Of a DNA stretch of 64,000 nucleotides, positions 20,509-33,272 are shown in pieces. Every line of letters begins with the position of its first letter. The first letter of the stretch is position 1. Source of the DNA: Candidatus Eiseniibacteriota bacterium (GTDB lineage: Bacteria; Eisenbacteria; RBG-16-71-46; CAVPCR01); assembly GCA_963702435.1 (NCBI GenBank), contig CAVPCR010000005.1, positions 1 through 64,000 on the forward strand, read 5' to 3'. A program made the translations under genes and the position numbers. A model generated the notes under the pieces. It was not told where the DNA came from. It did no database searches and saw nothing but the letters and a program-made list of their open reading frames with translations.

Positions 20509-22749
20509 ATGCGCGCCGCAGCGCGTCTTCTCGTCCGGGCCGCAAGCGTCACCTTGCTCCTGGCTCCGATCGCGAGCTCTCCCTACCCCGTGCTCGCCGA
20601 CTGCATCGACTACGGCGAGTACCTGCACTGGATCGGGGGCGTGGACACCCCCGGCTACGCGGTGGACGTGGCCGTGTCAGGGGCGTACGCCTGCGTCGCC
20701 GACTACGCCCTCGGCCTCCAGATGATCGACATCGCGGACCCGCGCAGTCCGGAGATCGCCGCGACCATCGACACGCCGGGCTCCGCGCACGGAGTGGCGC
20801 TCGTGGGGGACCTCGCCTACGTCGCAGACGACGAGCGCGGCCTCCAGGTGATCGACATCTCCAATCCGGAGACTGCCGCGATCATCGGCAGCGTGGATAC
20901 GCCAGGGCATGCCCAGGGCGTGGCCGTGGCGGGGAACCACGCCTTGGTCGCCGCCGACTCGGCGGGGCTCCAGGTGATCGACATCGCGGATCCGCGGCAC
21001 CCGGTGCTGATCGGTGCCGCCGACACACCGGGTCGCGCCATGGGCGTGGCGGTCGCCGGGGAGTACGCCTACGTCGCGGACAAGCTGCAGACACTCCAAG
21101 TGATCGACATCTCGGATCCCGCGCATTCGTCGATCGCAGGCAGCATCGACATGCCGGGCTACACTTACGACGTATCCGTCGCCGGCGCGCATGCCTACGT
21201 GGCGGCCGCCGGGTTCGGTCTGGTGGTCGTCGACATCGCGAATCCAGCGAGCCCGTGGATCACGGGTAGCGCGCCGACGCCGGGATATCCCTACGCCATT
21301 GCCATTGCGGATGGGTACGCCTATGTCGCCGATGCGTGGGCCGGCGTCACGGTGGTCGACGTCGCGAACCCGCAGAGCTTGCTCGTCGTGGGCAGCGTGG
21401 ACACGCCCGGGTGGCCTCGCGGCATCGCGGTCGCCGGGACCTGCGCCTTCGCGGCGGACGGCGCCGGCGGTCTCCAGGTCATCGACATCACCCATCTCCG
21501 TACTCCGGCGATCGTGGGCGGCATCCACATTCCGGGCCTTGCCGTGGACGTCGCGGTCGCGGGCACGTGCGCCCATGTCGCGGCCTTCGACGCGGGACTC
21601 ACCCTGATCGACATCGCGGACCCCCTGCACCCCGCGATTCTCGGTAGCGCGGACACGCCGGGCGAGGCGACCGGGGTCGCCGTGGCCGGGGCGCTTGCGT
21701 ACGTCGCCGACGGTAACGCCGGGCTCCGGGTGATCGATGTGAGGAACCCCGAGCATCCGTCGATCATCGGCAGCGTGGACACTCCCGGGCGGGCCTGCGC
21801 CGTGGCGGTGGCGGGGAACCACGCCTGCGTCGCGGACGAGGGCCGAGGGCTCCAGGTGATCGACATCGCGAGCGTGGATGCGCCGCGCATCGCCGGCAGC
21901 GTGGACACCCCCGGGAGCGCTCGCGATGTGGCCGTCGCCGGGCACCTGGCCCTCGTGGCCGATGGGTCCCGCGGCCTCCAGGTCATCGACATCGCGGATC
22001 CGGAGCACCCTGCGGTCCTCGGCAGCGTGGACTTGAACTACGCTTCCGCGGTCGCCGTGTCCGGACACCACGCCTATGTCGCCGACTCGGAGTTCGGCCT
22101 GCGGGTGATCGACATCGCCGACCCGGAGCACCCGCAGCTCGTCGGAGAGGTCCGCGCTCCGGGCGAGACGCGCGGCATGACGGTGGCGGGAACCACCGCC
22201 TACATCGCGCATGCCGGATGGGGCCTCCTCGCCATCGACATCGCGGATCCGGCGGATCCGCGCCTCCTCGGGAGCGGCTCCCTGCCCGATCTGGCCGCCG
22301 GCGTCGCCGTCGCCGCGGGCCATGCCTTCGTCGCGGACATGAGCTGGGGCCTCCAGATTCTACCGGCGCAGTGCGACGCGACCGCCGGGATCGGAGAACC
22401 GATGGCGCCTGCTCCGCCGGGCTCCGCGGCCGCCACCGCGATCGCCGTCCTCGATGTGCGGCCGAACCCGACCTCCGATCGGAGCGTGATCCGCTTCGCG
22501 ATCGCCAACGGCGGCCTGGTCGGCATGGGCATCTACGATGTGGCCGGCCGTCGCGTTCGCACGTGGCCGATTGCGCAGGTGAGCGCCGGAGTGCACGAGC
22601 TCCTCTGGGATGGACGCGACGATCGCGGCCGTCCGGTCGGCGCGGGGTCCTACTGGATCCGGGCCGCCGGTGCGGGCCGGACCACCGCTGCCCGCGGGAT
22701 CACCGGTGCCCGCGCGGTTGCCAGCGCGCACATCGTGGTCGTGCGCTGA
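20509..22749 (+). CDS. Secreted LVIVD-repeat beta-propeller protein with FlgD-Ig CTD, copy 1
   Basis: About 14 repeats of GSVDTPGxAxxVAVAGxxAYVADxxxGLQVIDIxDP. CTD VRPNP..IYDVAGRRVR..WDGRDD..GSYWIR. TATACT at 20467-20472 and GGAGG upstream. Confidence 0.92.
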   Translation: MRAAARLLVRAASVTLLLAPIASSPYPVLADCIDYGEYLHWIGGVDTPGYAVDVAVSGAYACVADYALGLQMIDIADPRSPEIAATIDTPGSAHGVALVGDLAYVADDERGLQVIDISNPETAAIIGSVDTPGHAQGVAVAGNHALVAADSAGLQVIDIADPRHPVLIGAADTPGRAMGVAVAGEYAYVADKLQTLQVIDISDPAHSSIAGSIDMPGYTYDVSVAGAHAYVAAAGFGLVVVDIANPASPWITGSAPTPGYPYAIAIADGYAYVADAWAGVTVVDVANPQSLLVVGSVDTPGWPRGIAVAGTCAFAADGAGGLQVIDITHLRTPAIVGGIHIPGLAVDVAVAGTCAHVAAFDAGLTLIDIADPLHPAILGSADTPGEATGVAVAGALAYVADGNAGLRVIDVRNPEHPSIIGSVDTPGRACAVAVAGNHACVADEGRGLQVIDIASVDAPRIAGSVDTPGSARDVAVAGHLALVADGSRGLQVIDIADPEHPAVLGSVDLNYASAVAVSGHHAYVADSEFGLRVIDIADPEHPQLVGEVRAPGETRGMTVAGTTAYIAHAGWGLLAIDIADPADPRLLGSGSLPDLAAGVAVAAGHAFVADMSWGLQILPAQCDATAGIGEPMAPAPPGSAAATAIAVLDVRPNPTSDRSVIRFAIANGGLVGMGIYDVAGRRVRTWPIAQVSAGVHELLWDGRDDRGRPVGAGSYWIRAAGAGRTTAARGITGARAVASAHIVVVR

Positions 22750-22774
22750 ATCCTCTCCGCGCGCCGCGCGGTCC

Positions 22775-23791
22775 TCACTTCGCCGGCTTCTCGTGGTGCC
22801 CGCCGAACTGGAAACGCATCGCCGAGAGCAGCTTGTTCTGGAAATCCGCCTCGCCGCGCGACGCGAACCGTTCGTAGAGAGAGGCCGTGAGCACCGCGGC
22901 CGGCACCCCCGCCTCGATCGCCGCCAGGATGGTCCAGCGTCCCTCGCCGGAGTCCGACACGCGGCCCGAGAAGTCCGTGAGTTCCGGCGACTCGAGGAGC
23001 GAGATCGCCGTCAGGTCGAGAAGCCACGAGGCGACGACGCTCCCGCGCCGCCAGACCTCGGCGATGTCGGGGAGATTCAGGTCGTACTGGTAGTGCTCGG
23101 GGTTGCGGAGCGGCGTCGTCTCGGCGTCCACCTCGCGCCCCCTCTTGCCCACGCTCGCGTGCTTCAGGATGTTGAAGCCCTCGGCGTACGCGGCCATCAG
23201 CCCGTACTCGATGCCGTTGTGGACCATCTTGACGAAGTGGCCCGCACCGCTGGGCCCGCAGTGGAGATACCCCTCCTCGGCGGTGCCGCCGGTCTTCTCG
23301 CGTCCGGGCGTGCGCGGGATGTCGCCCCGGCTCGGGGCCAGCCGCTGGAAGATGGGATCCAGATGTTTCACGATACCCGGCTCACCGCCGATCATCATGC
23401 AGTAGCCCCGCTCGAGTCCCCACACGCCGCCGCTCGTGCCCACGTCCACGTAGTGGATGCCCTTCGCAGCCAGCTCCTTCGCCCGCCGGATATCGTCGAT
23501 GTAATACGAGTTGCCGCCGTCGATCACGATGTCGCCCCGCTCGAGGAGCGGAAGGAGATCGGCGATCGACTGGTCCACGACGGCCGCCGGCACCATGAGC
23601 CAGATTGCGCGGGGCGGCACGAGCTTCGCTACGAGGTCGGCCGGCGACGAGGCGCCGACCGCCCCCTCCTTCACGAGCGCGTCGACAGCCGCCGGCGACC
23701 TGTTGTAGACCACACACTCGTGGCCGCCGCGCATCAGGCGGCGAACCATGTTCGCCCCCATCCTCCCCAGTCCGATCATGCCGAGCTGCAT
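22775..23791 (-). CDS. gnd: Decarboxylating 6-phosphogluconate dehydrogenase (short, YqeC-type)
   Basis: [55 protein letters not shown]. Confidence 0.95.
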   Translation of the reverse strand: MQLGMIGLGRMGANMVRRLMRGGHECVVYNRSPAAVDALVKEGAVGASSPADLVAKLVPPRAIWLMVPAAVVDQSIADLLPLLERGDIVIDGGNSYYIDDIRRAKELAAKGIHYVDVGTSGGVWGLERGYCMMIGGEPGIVKHLDPIFQRLAPSRGDIPRTPGREKTGGTAEEGYLHCGPSGAGHFVKMVHNGIEYGLMAAYAEGFNILKHASVGKRGREVDAETTPLRNPEHYQYDLNLPDIAEVWRRGSVVASWLLDLTAISLLESPELTDFSGRVSDSGEGRWTILAAIEAGVPAAVLTASLYERFASRGEADFQNKLLSAMRFQFGGHHEKPAK

Positions 23792-23846
23792 TGTCGTGTT
23801 CCTCTCCTCATGAGCTGGCCAGACTGCAAGTCGGGCTCGCCGCTCC

Positions 23847-25490
23847 TCACGTCGCACCCTTCATCTTCCGGTAGCGCCGGATCAGGTTGCTCGTGGAGCT
23901 GTCGTGCTCGAGCGGCGGGGTCGCCGGGCTCTCGATCTCGGGAAGGATCGCCTGCGCCAGCGCCTTGCCGAGCTCGACGCCCCACTGGTCGAACGGGTTG
24001 ATGTTCCAGATCACGCCCTGCGTGAAGACGCTGTGCTCGTAGAGCGCGACGAGACTGCCGAGGGTCTCCGGCGTGAGCCGGTCCGCGAGGATCGTGTTCG
24101 AGGGACGGTTGCCCTCGAAGACGCGGTGCGGCACCAGCTCGGCTGCCGTGCCCTCGGCCGCCACCTGTTCGGGTGTCTTGCCGAAGGCGAGCGCCTCGCT
24201 CTGGGCGAGCACGTTCGCGAGGAGTATGTCGTGGTGCCGGCCGAGGGGAGTGAGCGGATGGGCGAATGCGATGAAGTCGCACGGAATCAACCGCGTGCCC
24301 TGATGAATCAGCTGGTAGAACGAGTGCTGCCCGTTGGTGCCGGGTTCGCCCCAGCAGATCGGGGCGGTGTCGTAGACGACCGGCTCGCCATCGAGGGTGA
24401 CCCGCTTGCCGTTGCTCTCCATGGTCAGCTGCTGGAGATAGGCCGGGAACCGCTTCAGGTAGTTCTCGTACGGCAGCACCGCCACCGTCTGGGCGCCGAA
24501 GAAGTTCGTGTACCAGATCGACAAGAGCCCCATCAGGACCGGCAGGTTCTTCGCGAACGGCGCGGTGCGGAACTGCTCGTCCATCCGGTGGAAGCCGGCG
24601 AGCAGCGCCCGGAAGTGGTCCGGTCCGATGGCGATCATCGTGGACAGGCCGATCGCCGAGTCCATCGAGTACCGGCCGCCCACCCAGTCCCAGAACTCGA
24701 ACATGTTCGCCGTGTCGATGCCGAAGGCGGATACCTTCTCGGCATTCGTCGAGACGGCGACGAAGTGCCTGGCCACGGCCTTCGCGTCGCCGCCGAGCCC
24801 GGCCAGGGACCACTCGCGCGCGCTCTGCGCGTTGACCATGGTCTCCAGCGTCGTGAAGGTCTTCGACGACACGATGAAGAGAGTCTCCGCCGGATCGAGG
24901 TCGCGCGTGGCCTCGACCAGGTCGATACCGTCCACGTTCGAGACGAACCGGAAGATCAGCGAGCGCTCGCTGTAGTGGCGGAGGGCCTCGTACGCCATCA
25001 CGGGGCCGAGGTCCGAGCCGCCGATGCCGATGTTGACCACGTTCCTGATGCGCTTACCGGTATGGCCCTTCCACTCGCCGCTGCGCACGCGGCCGGCGAA
25101 GCCGGCCATCCTGTCGAGAACCGCGTGCACCCCGGGAACGACGTTCTTCCCGTCCACGAGGATCGAGGCGTCCCGCGGCGCGCGGAGCGCGACGTGGAGA
25201 ACGGCCCGGTTCTCGGTGACGTTGATCTTCTCCCCCCGGAACATGGCCTCGATCCGGGCGCGGAGCCCCGACTCCTCCGCCAGCCGGATGAGGAGCCCCA
25301 TCGTCTCGTCGGTGACGCGGTTCTTCGAGTAGTCGAGGAAAAGCCCGGCGCCCTCGGCGGTCAGGCGCTCGCCGCGCGCGGGGTCGGCGGCGAAGAGCGC
25401 CCGGAGATGGAGGTCACGCAGGACCCGGGCGTGGTTCTCGAGCGCGTTCCACGCCGGGCGGCCGGCGAGCGGGGTCGGCTTCGTGCTCAT
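23847..25490 (-). CDS. pgi: Glucose-6-phosphate isomerase
   Basis: [71 protein letters not shown]. Confidence 0.97.
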   Translation of the reverse strand: MSTKPTPLAGRPAWNALENHARVLRDLHLRALFAADPARGERLTAEGAGLFLDYSKNRVTDETMGLLIRLAEESGLRARIEAMFRGEKINVTENRAVLHVALRAPRDASILVDGKNVVPGVHAVLDRMAGFAGRVRSGEWKGHTGKRIRNVVNIGIGGSDLGPVMAYEALRHYSERSLIFRFVSNVDGIDLVEATRDLDPAETLFIVSSKTFTTLETMVNAQSAREWSLAGLGGDAKAVARHFVAVSTNAEKVSAFGIDTANMFEFWDWVGGRYSMDSAIGLSTMIAIGPDHFRALLAGFHRMDEQFRTAPFAKNLPVLMGLLSIWYTNFFGAQTVAVLPYENYLKRFPAYLQQLTMESNGKRVTLDGEPVVYDTAPICWGEPGTNGQHSFYQLIHQGTRLIPCDFIAFAHPLTPLGRHHDILLANVLAQSEALAFGKTPEQVAAEGTAAELVPHRVFEGNRPSNTILADRLTPETLGSLVALYEHSVFTQGVIWNINPFDQWGVELGKALAQAILPEIESPATPPLEHDSSTSNLIRRYRKMKGAT

Positions 25491-25858
25491 CTCTTCGCAT
25501 CCTCCCATGCGCAATCGGCGTCCAGGTACGGTTGCTCCATCCCCGGCATCCACTCGGAGAACCCCAGTTCTGCGGCCTCGAGCTCGACGCCGGTTGGAGG
25601 ATGGAGTGGCGCGCGAGGATCCCGATGGAGCCATGGGGTGCGCGATTATAGGCGGGCACTCTGCCGCGGTCCAGATGGCAGCATCGTCACGGCACGATAT
25701 CCGCCGTGGGGCCGCTCTCCGAAATGCCTCCCGGCATCCCCGCTCGGCTCGGACCTGTCGCCTACTTTCGGCCCTCGCGTCGGGCGGCATGGGGCACGTG
25801 GTCCAGGCCGAGCGCACCTCCGCCGCGATTGGCCTGCCGCCGGGATGCGTCGCAAGCG

Positions 25859-25937
25859 ATCCGAGAAGCCGTCGCCGTTCACATCGCCGGCCGTCGCCAC
25901 CGCGTAGCGGCCGAGGCCCTCGACCGACCACGCTGGG
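25859..25937 (-). pseudogene. Single FG-GAP repeat remnant
   Basis: Encodes [26 protein letters not shown], matching the repeat unit of 5642-9343. Abuts the duplicated LVIVD promoter. Confidence 0.65.
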
Positions 25938-25981
25938 TGTATGATCATCGCGGGTGGACAGGTCCCGGGGAGGTGGTCGAA

Positions 25982-28258
25982 ATGCGCGCCGCAGCGCAGC
26001 TTCTCGTTTGGGTGGCGGGTGTCACCCTGCTCCTGGCTCCGATCGCGGTCTCTCCCCACCCAGCGCTCGCCGACTGCATCGACTACGGCGAGTACCTGCA
26101 CTGGATGGGCGGCGTGGACACCCCCGGCTATGCGGTGGACGTGGCCGTGGCGGGGACGTACGCCTACGTCGCCGACTACGCTCTCGGCCTCCAGCTGATC
26201 GACATCACGGACCCGCGCCGGCCGCAGCTCGCCGCCACCGTCGACACGCCGGGCTCGGCGCACGGAGTGGCGCTCGCGGGGGATCGCGCCTACGTCGCCG
26301 ACGACCAGAGCGGCCTCCAGGTGATCGACATCGCCAATCCGGAGACTGCCGCGATCATCGGCAGCGTGGACATGCCGGGGCATGCCCAGGGCGTGGCCGT
26401 GGCGGGGAACCATGCCCTGGTCGCCGCCGACTCGGCGGGGCTCCAGGTGATCGATATCGCGGATCCGCGGCACCCGGTGCTGATCGGTGCCGCCGACACG
26501 CCCGGCCGCGCCATGAGCGTGGCGGTCACCGGGGCCTACGCCTATGTCGCGGACAAGCTGCAAACCCTCCAGGTGATCGATATCTCGGATCCGGCGCATC
26601 CGTGGATCGCAGGCAGCGTCGAGATGCCCGGCTACACCTATGGCGTATCCGTCGCCGGCACCCATGCCTACGTGGCGGCCGCGGGGTTCGGTCTCGTGGT
26701 CGTCGACATCGCGAATCCCCGGAGCCCGCTGATCGCAGGCAGCTCACCCACGCCGGGCTACCCCTACGCCATCGCCATTGCGGATGGGTACGCCTATGTC
26801 GCCGATGCGTGGGCCGGCGTCACGGTGGTCGACGTCGCGAGCCCGCAGAACCCCTATGTCGTGGGCGGCGTGGACACGCCCGGCTGGCCTCGCGGCATCG
26901 CGATCGCCGGGACCTGCGCCTTCGCGGCGGACGCCGCCGACGGTCTCCAGGTCATCGACATCACCCATCTCCGGACTCCGGCGATCGTGGGCGGCGTCCA
27001 CACGCCGGGCCTGGCGGTGGACGTCGCGGTCGCGGGCACGTGCGCCCATGTCGCGGCCTTCGACGCGGGACTCACCCTGATCGACATCGCGGACCCCCAG
27101 CACCCCGCGATCCTCGGTAGCGCCGACACGCCGGGCGAGGCGACCGGGGTCGCCGTGGCCGGAGCGCTTGCGTACGTCGCCGATGGCAACGCCGGGCTCC
27201 AGGTGATCGACGTGAGGAACGGCGAGCGTCCGGCGATCGTTGGCAGCGTGGACACCCCCGGGCGAGCCTCCGCCGTGGCGGTGGCGGGGGCCCACGCCTA
27301 CGTCGCGGACGAGGGCCGCGGTCTCCAGGTGATCGACATCGCGAGCGTGGATGCCCCGCGCATCGCCGGCAGCGTCGACACCCCCGGGAGCGCTCGCGAT
27401 GTGGCCGTTGCCGGGCACTTCGCCCTGGTGGCGGATGGATCCGCCGGAGTTCATGTCATCGACATCGCGGATCCGGCGCACCCTACGATCGCCGGCAGCG
27501 TCGACTGCTGGTTCGCCTCCGCGATCGCCGTGTCCGGCCCCCACGCCTATGTCGCCGACTCGGGCTTCGGCCTCCGCGTGATCGACATCGCCGACCCGGA
27601 GCACCCGCAACTCGTCGGAGAGGTCCGCGCTCCGGGCGAGACGCGGGGCATGACGGTGGCGGGGACCACCGCCTACATCACGCATGCCGGATGGGGCCTC
27701 CTCGCGATCGACATCACGGATCCCGCGCACCCGCGCCTCCTCGGGAGCGGCTCCCTGCCCGATCTGGCCGCCGGCGTCGCCGTCGCCGCGGGCCACGCCT
27801 GCGTCGCGGACATGAGCTGGGGCCTCCAGATCCTACCGGCTCAGTGCGACGCGACAGCCGGGATCGGAGAGCCGCCGCCGCCTACTGCAACGGGTTCCGC
27901 GGGCCCCCCCGCAATCGCCGTCCTCGATGTACGGCCGAATCCGATCTCGGATCGGAGCGTGATCCGCTTCGCGATCGCGAACGGCGGCCTGGTCGGCATC
28001 GGCATCTACGACGTGACAGGCCGTCGCGTCCGCACCTGGTCGAGAGCGTTCATGAGCGCCGGAGTGCACGAACTCCTCTGGGATGGACGCGACGATCGAG
28101 GCCGTCCGGTCGGCGCGGGGTCCTACTGGATCCGGGTCGCCGGTGCCGGCGGGACCACCGGTGCCGGCGGGACCACCGGTGCCGGCGGGACCACCGGTGC
28201 CGGCGGGACCGCCAGTGCCCGCGGGACCGCCAGCGCGCGGATCGTGGTCGTGCGCTGA
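25982..28258 (+). CDS. Secreted LVIVD-repeat protein with FlgD-Ig CTD, copy 2
   Basis: Colinear paralogue of 20509-22749 (offset 5473), with about 45 bp of conserved upstream sequence (TATGAT at 25940-25945). Confidence 0.92.
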   Translation: MRAAAQLLVWVAGVTLLLAPIAVSPHPALADCIDYGEYLHWMGGVDTPGYAVDVAVAGTYAYVADYALGLQLIDITDPRRPQLAATVDTPGSAHGVALAGDRAYVADDQSGLQVIDIANPETAAIIGSVDMPGHAQGVAVAGNHALVAADSAGLQVIDIADPRHPVLIGAADTPGRAMSVAVTGAYAYVADKLQTLQVIDISDPAHPWIAGSVEMPGYTYGVSVAGTHAYVAAAGFGLVVVDIANPRSPLIAGSSPTPGYPYAIAIADGYAYVADAWAGVTVVDVASPQNPYVVGGVDTPGWPRGIAIAGTCAFAADAADGLQVIDITHLRTPAIVGGVHTPGLAVDVAVAGTCAHVAAFDAGLTLIDIADPQHPAILGSADTPGEATGVAVAGALAYVADGNAGLQVIDVRNGERPAIVGSVDTPGRASAVAVAGAHAYVADEGRGLQVIDIASVDAPRIAGSVDTPGSARDVAVAGHFALVADGSAGVHVIDIADPAHPTIAGSVDCWFASAIAVSGPHAYVADSGFGLRVIDIADPEHPQLVGEVRAPGETRGMTVAGTTAYITHAGWGLLAIDITDPAHPRLLGSGSLPDLAAGVAVAAGHACVADMSWGLQILPAQCDATAGIGEPPPPTATGSAGPPAIAVLDVRPNPISDRSVIRFAIANGGLVGIGIYDVTGRRVRTWSRAFMSAGVHELLWDGRDDRGRPVGAGSYWIRVAGAGGTTGAGGTTGAGGTTGAGGTASARGTASARIVVVR
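28140..28228 (+). repeat. In-frame 18-bp tandem repeat (GAGGTT)n inside the CTD
   Basis: CCGGTGCCGGCGGGACCA about 4 times plus a degenerate unit. Copy 1 has only degenerate units at this position. Confidence 0.9.
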
Positions 28259-28292
28259 AATCTCCTGCACGCCGGGTCCCGAATCGACCAGT

Positions 28293-28490
28293 CAGGCAAC
28301 AACAGACCGAAAACGCCAATCAGCCGAAGAGACAAACAAGCTCTGGCGTCCGAACAGCGTTCATTCGGATCAAGAACGCCCTGAGGATTCCGCGCGGCGT
28401 GCATCCGCTGTTCGGCTCGGTGTACAGCGGCGGCGGGCTGGCGCTCGGCGCGGGATACCGCCGCTACTACGGTGACAACACGTTCTTCGA
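28293..28490 (+). pseudogene. Possible fragment of an Omp85/BamA-TamA-like outer-membrane protein
   Basis: GVHPLFGSVYSGGGLALGAGYRRYYGD looks like the first barrel strands. No start codon or continuation. Confidence 0.35.
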
Positions 28491-28605
28491 CCAAACATCA
28501 AAGTGGACTCGCCACCACGAAGACACGCAATTACCGCCTCGTTTTCCCGGGAGGTGGTTTAGACGCGATAGCGCAGCGGGCCACCCGCCGTCGGCTCCAC
28601 GTCGT

Positions 28606-28839
28606 TCATCGCGAGGTTTCAGGGAACTCCAACTCGCGCGCGGCGATCCGTGACGGTTCGCGGTCCCGCTCCCGCTCCGTCAGTTCGGCGTCCCTCTCCG
28701 TCGGTTCGCAGTCCAGCCGCTTCCTCGCCAGCGCTAGCCAAGCGAAGAACTGCCATTTCTTGACTGTCAATCCCTCGATGAGCCAGAGAAGCCCCAATCC
28801 GACGAGGCCATGGACTCCGACTACGAACAGGAAGGCCAT
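28606..28839 (-). CDS. Small hypothetical membrane protein (77 aa)
   Basis: GAGGTG RBS, N-terminal hydrophobic helix, charged tail. Lies downstream of a sigma54 promoter. Confidence 0.5.
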   Translation of the reverse strand: MAFLFVVGVHGLVGLGLLWLIEGLTVKKWQFFAWLALARKRLDCEPTERDAELTERERDREPSRIAARELEFPETSR

Positions 28840-29040
28840 GGCTCACCTCGGTTCAACTGCGCAGTCATGCGTTCATGCCGCGCACCAGGAACTTCATGAT
28901 CTCGTCGCGTCAAGAGTGTCCGGGCGTTCCCAACTTTCCGCAGCTCCGTTTCGGAAGAAGTACCCCCTGGGCGATCTGGCTTCCCTGGCGCGTTTGCAGT
29001 TCATGATGAATCGCCGCGTCAGGGGGCTACATGACCTAAC

Positions 29041-29056
29041 AGCAAGACTCGCGCCA
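29041..29056 (-). promoter_or_regulatory. Sigma54 -24/-12 promoter
   Basis: Minus strand TGGCGCG-AGTC-TTGCT versus consensus TGGCACG-N4-TTGCW. Divergent from a sigma54 activator gene. Confidence 0.8.
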
Positions 29057-29110
29057 TTAGCGTAAGTGCTTGTTGAATCAAGCTCTTGGCAAAGCGACCC
29101 CCTTGCCAAC

Positions 29111-29144
29111 CCCATCAAAGTGAGGCATGATCCCATCAAAATGA
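29111..29144. promoter_or_regulatory. Candidate enhancer (UAS) pair for the XylR-type activator
   Basis: CCCATCAAAGTGA and CCCATCAAAATGA, 21 bp apart, about 80-115 bp upstream of the predicted sigma54 start site. Confidence 0.55.
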
Positions 29145-29155
29145 AGGAGGGAGCC

Positions 29156-30835
<1,680 letters not shown>

Positions 30836-30974
30836 CTCCCCTCCCCCCGTGGCAGCTCCGGGAATGTGTATAGTTGTGCTCGACGGGACCATACGCAAAG
30901 GAGCAGGTCCCCGGAGACACTCGCGCCGCCGGCGCACGAGCCTCCCCCCCGTCGCCCCTCCATCGGAGCGAACC

Positions 30975-33272
30975 ATGGACCCAGTGACCGCCAGCGGCGC
31001 CATCCGCAGGATCGCCATGCTCGGCAACCACCTGCCGCGTCACTGCGGGATCGCCACCTTCACGACCCATCTGACCGATGCGATCGAGGCCGAGTTCCCG
31101 GCCCTCGAGTGCATCGTGCTGGCGATGAACGACGCCGGAAGACGTCACACCTACCCGGGGCGGGTCCGCTTCGAGATCGAGGAGAACGACATCGCCTCGT
31201 ACCGCCGCGCCGCCGACTTCCTGAACGTGAACATGGTCGATCTCGTGAACGTGCAGCACGAGTACGGGATATTCGGCGGCAAGGCGGGGAGCCACGTGCT
31301 CGTGTTGCTGCGCGAGCTGCGCATGCCCATCGTGACCACGCTGCACACCATCCTCGGCGCGCCCGATCTCCTGCAGCGCCACGCCATGCAAGAGCTGGCT
31401 GCGCTTTCGGAGCGCCTCGTCGTCATGAGCGCCCATGGCGCCAGGCTGCTCCACGACGTGCATGGCGTGCCTGACCACAAGATCGACCTGATCCCGCACG
31501 GCATCCCGGATGTCCCTTTCACCAGCGACAGCAAGAACCGGCTCGGGGTCGAAGGCCAGTGGGTGCTCCTCACGTTCGGGCTCCTGTCACCGGACAAGGG
31601 GATCGAGCACGTCATCGACGCGTTGCCGGCGATCCTCGAGCGCCACCCCGATACGGTGTACATCGTCCTCGGCGCCACGCATCCCCACGTCAAGGAGCAC
31701 GCCGGCGAGACCTACCGGATCATGCTCGAGAACCGCGCCCGGCGGCTCGGCGTCGACTCCCACATGATCTTCCATAACCGCTTCGTGAGCCAGGCCGAGC
31801 TCAACGAGTTCCTCGCCGCGGCGGACATCTACATCACGCCGTACCTCCAGCAGCAGCAGATCACCTCGGGAACGCTGGCCTACGCGCTCGGCGCCGGAAA
31901 GGCCGTGATCTCCACGCCCTACCTCTACGCGTGCGAGCTCCTCGCCGATGGCCGCGGAATCCTCGTCCCCTGGCGGGACGCCGGGGCGATCGCCCGCGAG
32001 GTCGTCGGACTTCTCGATGACGACGCCCGGCGGCTCGCCATGCGGCAGAGAGGCGCCGACCACGGGCGCGACATGCGCTGGCCGGCGGTCGCGCGCCGCT
32101 ACGCGGAGAGCTTCGAGCGGGCCCGCGGCGAGCACTCGAAGCGCCTGCGCACCTCCTTCCAGGCGCGGACGCTCGCCAGGCGTCCGGCCGAGCTGCCCGA
32201 GGTCAACCTCGAGCATCTCCGGCTCATGACCGACGACACCGGCGTGCTCCAGCACGCGATGTTCAGCGTTCCGCGCTACGACGACGGCTATTGTCTCGAT
32301 GACAATGCGCGGGCGTTGCTCCTGGCGGCGCTGCTGGAGGACGCGGGCACCGAGGACGTCCATGTCGTACGCGGTCTCGCTTCGCGCTATCTGGCCTTCG
32401 TGAGCCATGCGTTCGACCAGGACAGCGGGCGATTCAGAAACCTCATGTCCTACTCCCGGCAGTGGCTCGAGGCGTGCGGTTCCGAGGACAGCCACGGCCG
32501 CGCTCTCTGGGCGCTCGGGACCGTCGTCGGCCGAGCCCGGGATCCGGGGACGCGGAGCCTCAGCGGAGGTCTCTTCGCGGCCGCCCTGCCTGCCGTGTCC
32601 GGGTTCACGAGCCCGCGCGCCTGGGCGTTCGCGCTCCTCGGCATCGACGAGTACCTGCGCGCCTTCCAGGGGGACAGCAACGTGCAGGCGATGCGCCGGG
32701 CTGTCGCGGAGCGGCTCTTCGACCTGTACCAGCGCTCGAGCACCCCCGACTGGCCGTGGTTCGAGGAGCGGGTCACCTACTGCAACGCACGCCTGCCGCA
32801 AGCCCTTCTGGTATCCGGCGCCTGGATGGAGCGCGAGGACTTGACCCGCGCGGGATTGCGATCCCTGGAATGGCTGGTCTCGATCCAGCGCTCCGCGGAA
32901 GGCTACTTCGCCCCGATCGGCTCCAACGGCTTCTACCGGCGAGGAGCGACCCGGGCATGGTTCGACCAGCAGCCGGTGGAGGCCTGTGCGATGGTTGCGG
33001 CGTGTCTCGAGGCGCACCGGCTGACCGGGGACGCTTCGTGGGCTGCGGAGGCTCGCCGCGCCTTCGACTGGTTCCTGGGGCAGAACCAGTTGCAGCATGC
33101 GCTGTACGACGCCTCGACGGGCGGCTGCCGCGACGGGCTCCACGCCGACCGCATCAACGAAAACCAGGGAGCGGAGTCGACGCTCTCCTTCCTGCTCGCT
33201 CTCGCGGACATGCGCTCGATGGAACGGGCTGACATCATCCGCAACACGGTTTCCATGGAGGTCGAGCGATGA
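30975..33272 (+). CDS. GT4 glycosyltransferase fused to a C-terminal alpha-helical glycosidase-like domain
   Basis: PRHCGIATFT, QHEYGIFGG, FGLLSPDKGIE, TSGTLAYA; then GVLQHA..GYCLDDNARAL, SEDSHGRALW, FDQQPVEA, GGCRDGL..NENQGAESTL. Confidence 0.85.
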   Translation: MDPVTASGAIRRIAMLGNHLPRHCGIATFTTHLTDAIEAEFPALECIVLAMNDAGRRHTYPGRVRFEIEENDIASYRRAADFLNVNMVDLVNVQHEYGIFGGKAGSHVLVLLRELRMPIVTTLHTILGAPDLLQRHAMQELAALSERLVVMSAHGARLLHDVHGVPDHKIDLIPHGIPDVPFTSDSKNRLGVEGQWVLLTFGLLSPDKGIEHVIDALPAILERHPDTVYIVLGATHPHVKEHAGETYRIMLENRARRLGVDSHMIFHNRFVSQAELNEFLAAADIYITPYLQQQQITSGTLAYALGAGKAVISTPYLYACELLADGRGILVPWRDAGAIAREVVGLLDDDARRLAMRQRGADHGRDMRWPAVARRYAESFERARGEHSKRLRTSFQARTLARRPAELPEVNLEHLRLMTDDTGVLQHAMFSVPRYDDGYCLDDNARALLLAALLEDAGTEDVHVVRGLASRYLAFVSHAFDQDSGRFRNLMSYSRQWLEACGSEDSHGRALWALGTVVGRARDPGTRSLSGGLFAAALPAVSGFTSPRAWAFALLGIDEYLRAFQGDSNVQAMRRAVAERLFDLYQRSSTPDWPWFEERVTYCNARLPQALLVSGAWMEREDLTRAGLRSLEWLVSIQRSAEGYFAPIGSNGFYRRGATRAWFDQQPVEACAMVAACLEAHRLTGDASWAAEARRAFDWFLGQNQLQHALYDASTGGCRDGLHADRINENQGAESTLSFLLALADMRSMERADIIRNTVSMEVER

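Noticed and set aside
23904..25907. Long antisense ORFs (also 10153-11370, 46579-48714, 54270-56138 and others)
   Set aside because: Shadows of real high-GC genes on the opposite strand, with no recognisable motifs.
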